DNA of 32,000 bases from assembly GCF_000015145.1 (NCBI RefSeq), contig NC_008818.1:390001-422000 (forward strand), given 5' to 3'. Position 1 is the first letter of the stretch. Each line of letters opens with the position of its first letter. The position numbers were made by a program, and so were the translations under genes. Under the pieces are notes generated by a model, which worked only from the letters and a program-made list of their open reading frames with translations, did not search any database and was not told where the DNA came from. Positions 17,678 to 26,210 of this stretch are shown one piece after another. The DNA comes from Hyperthermus butylicus DSM 5456. GTDB taxonomy: Archaea > Thermoproteota > Thermoprotei_A > Sulfolobales > Pyrodictiaceae.

Positions 17678-18193
17678 TTGCAGTCTACCGGTGAGCAGCT
17701 AAAGGATCGTATAGCGGGATGGCTAGCTGGTGCTGGCTTCATAGTAGTATCATTCCAGGGTCCACTGCCCTCGAATGCTGAGTGGGGCCTCCTGGTCTCG
17801 ACACCACCGCCACTGCAGGTAAAGTTGAGGGTTATGGGTCTCCGTGGCGGTGCAGTAACGCTCGGTATTGGCGTCAATATCTCTGAGCACCATAGAAAGC
17901 TCATTGAGGGGCTTAGCATCGAGGAGAGGGTTAGGCTTACAGCTAGCATGCTCGAGAAGCTCCTAATGCTATGCCCCTACTGTAGGGTAGCGCTGCAGGG
18001 TAGTCTCGGCAGTCCGGTAGGAATCATAGCCGAGATATACATTGACGGTGCAGAAGCAACCAAGCAGAGAATCGTCGATGATGCAGCTAGGCTTGTAAAC
18101 ATATTCCTACTCATAAACTCGATACTGTGGAAGAGGTTTCCAGCCACAAGCCCAGAGAGGAGCGGCACAGCTACACCCTCATCATTTATGTAA
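17678..18193 (+). CDS. Hypothetical protein, divergent neighbour of the KaiC-like ATPase
   Basis: The 249-aa track ORF overlaps the KaiC-like gene on the opposite strand for its first 116 nt, the rest of the trimmed segment lying in the divergent spacer. I trimmed it to the in-frame TTG at 17678, which has a TATA-like tttaag about 27 nt upstream. The start is uncertain and I recognise no motif. Confidence 0.45.
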   Translation: MQSTGEQLKDRIAGWLAGAGFIVVSFQGPLPSNAEWGLLVSTPPPLQVKLRVMGLRGGAVTLGIGVNISEHHRKLIEGLSIEERVRLTASMLEKLLMLCPYCRVALQGSLGSPVGIIAEIYIDGAEATKQRIVDDAARLVNIFLLINSILWKRFPATSPERSGTATPSSFM

Positions 18194-18264
18194 CCACTAA
18201 AAGGGCCAGGAGGTACGCCTAAGTAGCTTAACCTTCACCCCCCCTCCTAGGGGTTTTCGTCTTG

Positions 18265-19788
18265 ATGGAGGTAACCGTAGCTGCTGTCTACGTTGGCTTT
18301 CTGCTGCTAGCAGCAAAGGTTGCAGAGGAGTTTATGGAGCGTATCGGCTTCCCCAGCTTCCTCGGAGCGATCCTAGCGGGAGTAATCCTCGGCGAGGGAG
18401 TACTTGGAATAGTTCCTTCCGAGGCTATGGAGAGAGCTGCCATCCTCTTCATGATAGGTATAAACTTTACACTTTTCCTAGCCGGCGTAGAGGAGCTTTC
18501 AAACCCTGCAATGCTTATGCCTACACGGCAAGAGCTTCTATACGGCATACTTCTACTCGGCCTGCCAACCCTTACAGCCTTCTCCCTACTCTACTACATT
18601 GGTCTCGAGGCTAGTACTGCTGTAGGTCTAGCACTAATACTCGCGATTGTTAGTGTTGGCCCACTCGTAAAGATACTGATGGCCAAGGGAGGGATTGGTA
18701 ATAGGGAGATAAGTATCCTGCGAACAGCCCTTCTTAGCGAGCTTGGAGGCCTAGTAATCTTTAACGCTGTTGCAACACAAGGATTTAACCTTCTCCGCCT
18801 CCTAGAATCAGCTGTCTTTGTAGGCTTCATACTGTTTATTGGTAGACACTATCTCGATGATGTTCTCATGGCTGTTGAACGTTACGTTGCAGCTAGGGAG
18901 GCACCCTTTGCCATCGTGATAGCATTGATAGTCACTGCAAGCTATATAGCTGAAATAATGGGGTTTAACGCAGCTGTAACAGCATTGATCTTCGGTGCCT
19001 TCCTCTCAGAGTACATGATGCAGAGACCCCTTTACCTTGAAAGGATACGCGCATTAACCTATGGACTCTTGGAACCCCTCTTCTTCATAGGCATAGGACT
19101 CCAGGCGACACGGGTCGATATAGTCTCGCTAGCCTATGCATCAGCATTCTTCACGGCGGTATCAGCGCCAAAGCTCTACATTGCATGGCTTCAAGGGCTT
19201 CAGGGGCGAGAACTACTAGCCTTCCTAGCAAAGGGTGGTGTCGACGCCGCCTTGCTCTCAACAATGCTGCAGACGGGGAGAATTGGAGGCCAGCTATACA
19301 CGGCAACACTGGTAGCTATACTCCTCTCAGCAGTATCAGCTTCAGCCTCGGCACGGATCACTGAGCGTGCTCCCGAGGTACCGAGGCTAAGAGTGAAGGA
19401 TCTACCATTAGACCGTGACATAGTGAGAGAGGATACCTATGCAGACTATGCAGCCGAAATAGTGTCAAAGCGTGGTGCAGCAGTTGTAGTCGATGAGAAT
19501 CTTCATCCGGTAGGTTACATCGTTGCCGAGGACTTTGTCGGCATAAGCTCAGAGCTGCTAAGCCACATACCGGTGAAATTCCTGCTACGCATGGAGGTTC
19601 CGGTTGTCAGAGCGGACACCACTGTAGCTGAACTACTCTCAGATCCCTCAATACTCCATGAACCAATAATAGCGGTTGTCAACGACAGAGGCGAGATTAT
19701 AGGCACACTCAATGCCAGAAAGCTACTGCACGTCCTCCTACATCCCAAACACGGCAGACTGGAAGCAAAGGAGGGGGGAGAGACCTAG
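18265..19788 (+). CDS. Cation/proton antiporter (CPA/Kef-type Na+/H+ exchanger family) with a C-terminal CBS-domain pair
   Basis: About 380 aa of polytopic membrane domain typical of the Na_H_exchanger family, followed by two CBS-like repeats (AVVVDENLHPVGYIVAEDF and IIAVVNDRGEIIGTLNARKLL). Confidence 0.85.
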   Translation: MEVTVAAVYVGFLLLAAKVAEEFMERIGFPSFLGAILAGVILGEGVLGIVPSEAMERAAILFMIGINFTLFLAGVEELSNPAMLMPTRQELLYGILLLGLPTLTAFSLLYYIGLEASTAVGLALILAIVSVGPLVKILMAKGGIGNREISILRTALLSELGGLVIFNAVATQGFNLLRLLESAVFVGFILFIGRHYLDDVLMAVERYVAAREAPFAIVIALIVTASYIAEIMGFNAAVTALIFGAFLSEYMMQRPLYLERIRALTYGLLEPLFFIGIGLQATRVDIVSLAYASAFFTAVSAPKLYIAWLQGLQGRELLAFLAKGGVDAALLSTMLQTGRIGGQLYTATLVAILLSAVSASASARITERAPEVPRLRVKDLPLDRDIVREDTYADYAAEIVSKRGAAVVVDENLHPVGYIVAEDFVGISSELLSHIPVKFLLRMEVPVVRADTTVAELLSDPSILHEPIIAVVNDRGEIIGTLNARKLLHVLLHPKHGRLEAKEGGET

Positions 19789-20094
19789 AAAGGGGCTCTG
19801 AAGCGCCGGCCCCACAGCATCCCCCGGCCATAGTGCCGGGGTCTGCAAGCTGTATGATAGTGTTAAGTATCGGGGTCCATCTTCATCGCCCCATGACTCC
19901 TCGCTAATTGTGGCTCGGCGAAACTCTGAACAGTCACCGCCCAGCACGAGGGGCTCCTACTTGCCGGGTAGTCCTCACAGCCACCCCACTACGGTAGCTA
20001 AGGAGGCTTAATTTAGCCTAGGGCTTACAATGTGTAACCTGAAAATACCGAAGATGACTAGCCGTGCAAGGCCGTAGTGCTAGCTTTCTCGTAG

Positions 20095-21921
20095 CTAGAC
20101 TCCGGTTGGTGCCTCCTCCTCCTTTATCCTTCTCAGCTGTCTCTTATACATCTCGTAAAGCTCCTTTGTAGTGGTAGCATCCTCGGGGCCTTTGTCAGGC
20201 CTCCACCTTATGAAGCGCGGGAATCTTATTGATATACCCGCACCAGACTTGACCCAGCCATAACAGCATGTATGTATGGGGCTTAACGTTAGCTCTGCAC
20301 CAATGATCTCTGCCACGAGCGTAGGCTCCACCCACACGTCCGGCTTCATTTGGCTATCAACTCTTGCTGGTTTCTTGTCGCTGATGTAGGGTTTCAGCAT
20401 ATCGTCTAGACGTTCGAGGTCCTCGTCTGTGAAGCCGCTGCCAACCTTGCATACGCTCTTGAACGTGTCTGTGTCGGGGTCATAGGCCGCCATGAGCAGT
20501 GCTCCGAACTTGCCGCCGCGTCTACCCTTGCCGTAGAATGCACCTATGACTACTAGGTCTACCGTGTCGCTCATCTCGGACTTGTAGTCCCTCTTATACT
20601 TGATCCATAGCCAGCCCCTGGCGCCTGCCTGGTAGATGCTACGATCATGAATCGCCTTCGCCATTACACCTTCAGCACCATCCTCGATTGCCTTGAGGAA
20701 GAAGCTCTCCAGCTCCTGGGGATCGCTAGTTACTATGCCCTCGGCGATTCTCCAGGTGTCACTCTGCTCTATGATCTTTTCGAGGACCTCGTGGCGTGCT
20801 GGTAGGGGCTTCAAGGTTAGGTCTTCGCCGTTAACGTATAGCGTGTCAAAGAGGAATACTGCTACAGGTATCTCAGAGAGGACTGCATGTACATCTTTCT
20901 TCCTCCTGCGGTGCATGAGGACCTGGAATGGCCGGAACTCACCAGTCTCTGGGTCAATCGCTACTATCTCGCCCTCTACGATAGCTTCCTCAGCCTTTAT
21001 CCCCTTCTTAGCCATCTCAACAACATCTGGGTACATGTGGGTTATGTTTTCGAGACGACGGGAGAATATCCATATCTTATCGCCTTTCTTGTGTATTTGC
21101 GCCCTTTCACCGTCATACTTGTACTCTACTAGGGCACGGCCGCCGAGCTTCTTTATTATCTCGACAGGATCGTTGAGCCTCTCTGCGAGCATTGGCCTTA
21201 TCGGGACTCCCACCTCCGGCTTTATGTTCTTGAGAGCGTCTATACCTTGTGTTGCAAGTATCTTAGCCACCATGCCTAGGTCTGCCCGGAGATTGTAAGC
21301 CCTCTCAACAACACTCCTCATCGCCGCACTGCCGCCGTAGACTACTGCTAAAGCCTCCATAATGGTGGCGTCGCCCACACCAAGCCTTAACCGTCCCTCA
21401 ACAAATCTTGCAATGTACTTTGCCTCGCGCGGACTAGCCTCCGCGAGGAGACCCGCCAGCAGCTTGAGCTTGATATCTCTGCTACCCTCACCCTGAACCA
21501 GCGCTATTCTTGCAAGAGTGTCGTACACCTTCTCCACAGTTAGCGTGCTCTCGCCGCCAGAGGGCTTCTGCATGAAGGCTAGGAGGCCCACTGCCTTCTG
21601 CTTTTGCTGCTTCTCCCGTTTAATCATCTCAATAGCCTTACCGGTGTCCCCCAGCTTCTTTACAAGCTGCTCTATCTGCTTCTCGGATACGTGGAGGGCT
21701 ATGGAGGCCGCCTTTATCAACATCTTCTCGCCAATGCCAAGCTCTGGTAGGCCCTTCCAGTCGGGCCACAGCTTGCCCTGGATGAAGTAGACAACCTTGT
21801 CTATAATCTCTGGCGGCGTCTTCTTGAAGAGTTCTACAAGATATAGTAGCATTTGGGTTCTAGCTGTAACCCTTTCAAGCTTCTCGAAGGTTTCCGCAAG
21901 CACTGAGAAGGGCATAGACAT
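20095..21921 (-). CDS. lig: ATP-dependent DNA ligase
   Basis: 608-aa ORF with the adenylation motif I EYKYDGERAQIH and the full set of ligase motifs (FLFDTLY, EGVMAK, WIKYKRDY), plus archaeal Lig1-type domain lengths. Confidence 0.97.
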   Translation of the reverse strand: MSMPFSVLAETFEKLERVTARTQMLLYLVELFKKTPPEIIDKVVYFIQGKLWPDWKGLPELGIGEKMLIKAASIALHVSEKQIEQLVKKLGDTGKAIEMIKREKQQKQKAVGLLAFMQKPSGGESTLTVEKVYDTLARIALVQGEGSRDIKLKLLAGLLAEASPREAKYIARFVEGRLRLGVGDATIMEALAVVYGGSAAMRSVVERAYNLRADLGMVAKILATQGIDALKNIKPEVGVPIRPMLAERLNDPVEIIKKLGGRALVEYKYDGERAQIHKKGDKIWIFSRRLENITHMYPDVVEMAKKGIKAEEAIVEGEIVAIDPETGEFRPFQVLMHRRRKKDVHAVLSEIPVAVFLFDTLYVNGEDLTLKPLPARHEVLEKIIEQSDTWRIAEGIVTSDPQELESFFLKAIEDGAEGVMAKAIHDRSIYQAGARGWLWIKYKRDYKSEMSDTVDLVVIGAFYGKGRRGGKFGALLMAAYDPDTDTFKSVCKVGSGFTDEDLERLDDMLKPYISDKKPARVDSQMKPDVWVEPTLVAEIIGAELTLSPIHTCCYGWVKSGAGISIRFPRFIRWRPDKGPEDATTTKELYEMYKRQLRRIKEEEAPTGV

Positions 21922-21997
21922 GCTCTACCATCCCGAGTTAGAATAAATTCCGGGTAAACCCGCTAATTAGCGTGGAGGCAAAACCGGGCCCTGCAGC

Positions 21998-22510
21998 CTA
22001 GCCAAGCCGGTACCGGTAAACCCTCTCAACAAGCTCTGGAGGCCGAAGGGGGCTCTTCTCTGGATCCCTACCCTCAATATCCACGACTATTCTCCGGTAG
22101 ATGCTCCAAACCTCCTGGTAGCCCGGCTTCCCCTTTAGCCCGCAGTAGAGGAGCCTCACATTGACAGCTTCTACCCGGTGTCCCACATCAGGGTTTAGAG
22201 CCTCTACCACGACTAACTCAGCCTTAACGGGCTCTAGGCTGTCGAGGCTTGGCGGTTTACCGGGATACCTAGCATAGTAAACTTTGACCCTGCCTGACTC
22301 CACCACCTCTAGGATCTCGAGCCCCTCCAGACCATCTAGCTTCGAGTAGACATCAACCGATAACAATACACATCCATTCCCCGCTGGTATGACTAGAACC
22401 CTGCGAAAGGTCTCGTACCAGTACTCGGCAACCCCCATCTCAGCCTCAACAATCTCTGGCTGCTCAGCTGCCGGAGGCACGCTCAAGACGCCTACACCCA
22501 TATCAGCCAT
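21998..22510 (-). CDS. Hypothetical protein
   Basis: 170-aa ORF. A TATA-like gatattatcttta lies about 25-35 nt upstream of the ATG. I recognise no motif. Confidence 0.5.
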   Translation of the reverse strand: MADMGVGVLSVPPAAEQPEIVEAEMGVAEYWYETFRRVLVIPAGNGCVLLSVDVYSKLDGLEGLEILEVVESGRVKVYYARYPGKPPSLDSLEPVKAELVVVEALNPDVGHRVEAVNVRLLYCGLKGKPGYQEVWSIYRRIVVDIEGRDPEKSPLRPPELVERVYRYRLG

Positions 22511-22637
22511 GCCTAGCCCTGGAACAAGCTAAAGATAATATCAACACAGTAACAGCCCAGAGAAGCAACGAGCCCGCAGAGAAGTAAAACCATAGCCGTG
22601 ACGCTAGCTGCGTGGTGGCTTGCTGCAGAAAGAGGAG

Positions 22638-22892
22638 CTACATTTGCCGACGACGCTGCTGTATAATCCACGGCGTTATCGGCTGCAGCTCTCTGCCACA
22701 GAATGGACAGCGGTAGTGGAGCCTCCTGGCATCGGCTGGACAGAAGTATGCCTCGTACTTGTCCTTACAGTAGGAGCACGCATATATTATGTCGAGTGTA
22801 ACATCCAGCTTGCGCGCACAAATCCTACACTTTACCTCGACCCATCCGAGGTGTCCAACAGCATTAATCCCCTTGAGCCCTGCTGTTGACAC
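22638..22892 (-). CDS. Small zinc-ribbon protein
   Basis: 84-aa ORF with CxxC (CRIC), CxxC (CSYC), and C...H..CxxC (CPFC), with a basic tail and a GTG start. I preferred it over the overlapping plus-strand ORF, which has no protein-like features. Confidence 0.55.
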   Translation of the reverse strand: MSTAGLKGINAVGHLGWVEVKCRICARKLDVTLDIIYACSYCKDKYEAYFCPADARRLHYRCPFCGRELQPITPWIIQQRRRQM

Positions 22893-23039
22893 TATCTACA
22901 CCCCGGCCTGCCCAAGCACCGGGTGGAAGGTTATAACTGTAGTTGTGCCCATCCCTCAACCCGGCTGTGCTGTGAGGAGAGCGCTCTTCGCCGACCAGTA
23001 CATGGGGATAGTGGCCGGGATTACCGAGCACAGCCACTT

Positions 23040-23708
23040 CTAGCCTAGCCTCTGCGTTCTAACAACAACAACCCCCATTTCCAGGTCTACGAGAGCTATT
23101 GCGTAGCGACCCTCTGCTAGCGAGCCTGGGTTAACGACTGTGACTCCCTCAACGCTAGCTACACCCCAAGCTTCGTGTATATGGCCTGTTGCAGCTAGCA
23201 GAGGCCTAGCCTCGGCTAGGGCTTTACGGACACTTTTACTACCAACGTATTCGCCGCCCCGAATCCTGTCTAAACCGCTAGCGTAAGGTGGTGAATGTGT
23301 AACAAGTACGAGGCGAGCATGACGCCCAGCGACGCTATTGAACGCCTTGCTGAGTACAGCTGCTACCTCATCCTCCCCCATCTCAAATGGCGTGGAGAAG
23401 GGCGTAGGAGTGGAGCCTCCAACACCCACAAACACCAAGCCGTTTACCTCGACGACGCGTCCGTGGACGTTAAATGTGTTACTAGGCCCAGTATAGTCAG
23501 CCAAGCTTCTTGCATCACAATTGCCTGGCACCCAGACCACTGGGGCTCCCTGTGCAGCAAGAATCTCCAGCACCCTAGCAGCCTCCTCGACCGAGCCACA
23601 ACGGGCCAGGTCACCAGCCAGGACTACTATGTCACGCTCGATTGCTGCAAGCTTCTCCAGCTTCTTAAAGGCCGCATGCACATCGGATATTATGAGTAGG
23701 CGCAGCAT
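23040..23708 (-). CDS. Calcineurin-like metallophosphoesterase (YfcE/MJ0936-like size class)
   Basis: It has the complete motif set: ISDVHA (DxH), LAGDL (GD), PGNCD (GNxD), VTHSPP (H), GHIHE (GHxH). Confidence 0.85.
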   Translation of the reverse strand: MLRLLIISDVHAAFKKLEKLAAIERDIVVLAGDLARCGSVEEAARVLEILAAQGAPVVWVPGNCDARSLADYTGPSNTFNVHGRVVEVNGLVFVGVGGSTPTPFSTPFEMGEDEVAAVLSKAFNSVAGRHARLVLVTHSPPYASGLDRIRGGEYVGSKSVRKALAEARPLLAATGHIHEAWGVASVEGVTVVNPGSLAEGRYAIALVDLEMGVVVVRTQRLG

Positions 23709-23750
23709 AGCAGCCCAACCCCCTCTGGCGGTTAGCCACGAGCCCGGAGA

Positions 23751-25442
23751 CTATGGTATGGATCTTATAGTCTCATATGCTCTGACAATATCCTTCTTGG
23801 TTATTATCCCGATAAGCTTCATGGACTCGTAGTTCTCTACAACAGGTAGCCTGCCGATACCGTAGCGTAGCATTTTCCTAAGCGCATCTGCTAGCGAGTC
23901 GTCGGGCAGAACTGCGATGACGCTTCTAGTCATAGCTTCTTTGACCTTTACTTTTCCGAGTTCACTATGCCGATAGCGTAGGACGTCACTCAGAGTTATC
24001 ATGCCAACAACTCTACCGTCAACAACTACAGGGAATCCTGTATGGTGTGTCTCGGCTGTTAGCTCTATTACACGCTTCAATGGATCGTCGGGCCTCACCA
24101 CGACAACGCTTCTCGTCATTATATCACGGACCTTGATCTGCCTTAGCAGCCTTTCACCCAGCTCTCGTAGGAAGTAGGGAGAGTCGGCACGCGTGTTAAC
24201 CTGCTTCTCGTATATCGAGTCCTGGCCAGAGACGACATAGGAGAGTGTTACAGCTACGACCGATGGCACTATTAGCTCGTAGCCTCTTGTTATCTCGGAG
24301 ACTATTATGATCGATGTAAAGGGCACCTTGCCAGCAGCAGCAAAGAACGCAGCCATGCCGACCACGGAGAACGATGCTATCGTGGCTGGATTGTCCGTGT
24401 ATAGTTGCGCGAATGCAGCTCCGAGCATACCGCCTATGAAGAGTGAGGGGGCAAACACTCCTCCAGAGCCACCAGAAGCTATGCTAAACGCATTGGTGAG
24501 CATCTTGCCTATTATCGCAGCTACAATAACTGGTAAAGCTAGCTTGCCTAGCAATGCTCTTTCGAGAAACGGATAGCCTTGGCCTAGTGTATGGGGCAAT
24601 AGCAGCCCTATAAACCCGGCTACAAGCCCGCCAAGAGCCGGCTTCAACATGACAGGTATTGGCAGCACCTTGAAGGCGTCACGTATTTCGTAGAAGAGCC
24701 TAACGTATACTTTTGCAACGAGACCTGCAACTATACCGAGAACCGCATAGAGGACTAGTTCGAGAGAGCTTTGGAGTCCGACCTCGGGAAGCCATAGGAG
24801 CCGCCCCGACCCGAGAATTGTAACCGAGGCCACGTAGGCTACTATGGATGCCACTCCCAGGGGAAGAATAGCTTCTACCTCCATGTCACGCTTATAGGGT
24901 ACCTCTAGAGCGAACAGCATTGCACCTAGTGGAGCCCGGAAAACGGCACTAATTCCACCTGCAACACCTGCAAGGACTAATAGGCGACGCTCATTCCTCG
25001 TAAGATGGAGTATGTCTGCCAATACACTGCCGAATCCAGCCCCTATGAGCGCTATTGGACCCTCCTTCCCTGCACTCCCACCAAGGCCTATGAGGGCCGA
25101 GGATGCAGCAAGCTTAACCAGTGGCACCCGTGGCCTTATAAACGCGCCACGCCAATGGAACGCCTCCAGCACCGAGTCCGTGCCATGACCCTCTGCTTCA
25201 GGTGCAAACATGTATGTCAGCAAGCCGGAGGCTAGCCCGCCAAGGGCCACCAGTAACGGCAGTACCAGTGATGGCTCCGAAACCTCACCCTTTATGAGGT
25301 CTATACCACTATATTCCGCGAATAGCTCTGCTATAACCTCGATACCAACCGTTAAGAGTGTACCCGCAAGCCCTGAGACTACGCCGACAAGTGTACCTAG
25401 CATAACCCACTTTTCGAGTGAGGGTATACGAAGCCTCCTCAT
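23751..25442 (-). CDS. ClC-family voltage-gated chloride channel / H+-Cl- antiporter with a C-terminal CBS pair
   Basis: Selectivity-filter motifs GSAGKEGP and GGSGGVFAPSLFIG, about 10-12 TM helices, and two C-terminal CBS repeats. Confidence 0.92.
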   Translation of the reverse strand: MRRLRIPSLEKWVMLGTLVGVVSGLAGTLLTVGIEVIAELFAEYSGIDLIKGEVSEPSLVLPLLVALGGLASGLLTYMFAPEAEGHGTDSVLEAFHWRGAFIRPRVPLVKLAASSALIGLGGSAGKEGPIALIGAGFGSVLADILHLTRNERRLLVLAGVAGGISAVFRAPLGAMLFALEVPYKRDMEVEAILPLGVASIVAYVASVTILGSGRLLWLPEVGLQSSLELVLYAVLGIVAGLVAKVYVRLFYEIRDAFKVLPIPVMLKPALGGLVAGFIGLLLPHTLGQGYPFLERALLGKLALPVIVAAIIGKMLTNAFSIASGGSGGVFAPSLFIGGMLGAAFAQLYTDNPATIASFSVVGMAAFFAAAGKVPFTSIIIVSEITRGYELIVPSVVAVTLSYVVSGQDSIYEKQVNTRADSPYFLRELGERLLRQIKVRDIMTRSVVVVRPDDPLKRVIELTAETHHTGFPVVVDGRVVGMITLSDVLRYRHSELGKVKVKEAMTRSVIAVLPDDSLADALRKMLRYGIGRLPVVENYESMKLIGIITKKDIVRAYETIRSIP

Positions 25443-25557
25443 GTCTCTAGTCGAGCCTCCACCTCCGCCAGCTTGTTTGAAAGCTCCTTGCCGCGCCCTC
25501 TCTGGCCAGCCAGGTGTATGTACTCGTCTAGCGGGTAGCCCCCTCTTACGGTTTCAC

Positions 25558-25577
25558 GGTGCTGCCTTTGCAGCACC
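25558..25577. promoter_or_regulatory. Perfect inverted repeat GGTGCTGC-cttt-GCAGCACC, 14 nt upstream of a TATA box
   Basis: An 8-bp stem with a 4-nt spacer in the ClC/hypothetical divergent spacer. It could be a dimeric-regulator site or an RNA hairpin. Stems of this length are expected a few times per 32 kb by chance. Confidence 0.25.
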
Positions 25578-25590
25578 TGCACAAATCAGC

Positions 25591-25598
25591 TTTAAATA
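25591..25598 (+). promoter_or_regulatory. TATA box (tttaaata) for the gene starting at 25641/25659
   Basis: A consensus-like archaeal TATA 43-60 nt upstream of the candidate starts, with a GAGGTGGAGG Shine-Dalgarno-like element at 25624-25633. Confidence 0.45.
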
Positions 25599-25658
25599 CC
25601 GATGATATTAACCGGGGCATTGTGAGGTGGAGGATGGGGCTTGGCATGGCGTAACATA

Positions 25659-26210
25659 ATGTCGTCTGTCTTCTCAAAGGTTCTAGACCACGTGGTGGAG
25701 GCTTGCATCCGGGGAGAAGACGAGAAGGCATGTAAGGAGGCGCTTTTAGCTGCGGCAGACACGCTTTACACACCACTAAAACCCGTGGATACGGGTCTAG
25801 GCGTTGCCAGGATGATAGCCTCAAGGCTAGCAGCAATAGCGGCGAATGCCGTGCTACAGTTAGCTAGGAGTGAGAGTAAGGAGGCAACTATCCGAGCTGC
25901 ATACGAGCTTTTGAAGGAGAGCCGCGATGACGATGTCAATGATCTTGTGAAGAAGCTGTTAAACGAGGCTGGAGCTAGTATCTATGAGCCAGCAGTTTCG
26001 CGTGAAGCCAGGGAGTCCCTCTTCAGCGACCTCAAAGCCTACTTCGAACCCGAACAGCCACAGCTCGTCCTCCGGCGCAGGAGGATACCAAAGAGGTCTG
26101 CCGACCCATTGCAGAGTCTTAGGAGGCTCTTGAGAGAGCTAGGACGGCAGGACCCCATACTAGCCAGGCAGCTATCCATGGAGCTGAAAAGGAGAGGTGT
26201 AAGCGTCTAA
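25659..26210 (+). CDS. Hypothetical alpha-helical protein
   Basis: The ORF runs 25641-26210. The ATG at 25659 is preferred and the TTG at 25641 is possible. I recognise no motif. It has a basic C-terminus, and its stop overlaps the convergent stop (CTAA). Confidence 0.5.
   Translation: MSSVFSKVLDHVVEACIRGEDEKACKEALLAAADTLYTPLKPVDTGLGVARMIASRLAAIAANAVLQLARSESKEATIRAAYELLKESRDDDVNDLVKKLLNEAGASIYEPAVSREARESLFSDLKAYFEPEQPQLVLRRRRIPKRSADPLQSLRRLLRELGRQDPILARQLSMELKRRGVSV

Noticed and set aside
19738-19947. A 69-aa minus-strand ORF covering part of the 306-nt spacer
   Set aside because: It overlaps the 3' end of the antiporter gene and has a low-complexity, non-protein-like composition with no TATA or Shine-Dalgarno context. 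Treating it as a CDS would not explain the rest of the spacer.
19789-20094. Assigning the 306-nt spacer to RNase P RNA or SRP (7S) RNA
   Set aside because: I found partial look-alikes: GGGCUUAC, GAUGACU, UGUAAG, and CGUGCUG on the minus strand. However, the CR-I GGAAAGUCC, CR-V ACAGAA..GGCUUA order and helix-8 GNAR/AGCA motifs are absent or out of order, and the ends do not pair. The identity is left open rather than asserted.
20693-21298. A long antisense ORF (201 aa) inside the DNA ligase gene. Similar shadow ORFs occur at 904-1320, 10245-10766, 23295-23699, 25210-25605 and 26826-27221.
   Set aside because: Each lies entirely within a confidently assigned gene on the other strand or in another frame. 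Their Ser/Pro/Arg/Cys-rich sequences are typical of GC-driven spurious ORFs, and none has a motif.
22513-22593. A 26-codon hydrophobic micro-ORF (MVLLLCGLVASLGCYCVDIIFSLFQG) in the spacer upstream of the 170-aa gene
   Set aside because: It overlaps the TATA region of the downstream gene and has no promoter or Shine-Dalgarno element of its own. ORFs of this length are expected by chance.
22620-22889. An 89-aa plus-strand ORF opposite the zinc-ribbon gene
   Set aside because: The minus-strand frame encodes four regularly spaced CxxC/CxxC-like zinc ligands and a basic tail. The plus-strand frame has no recognisable features.
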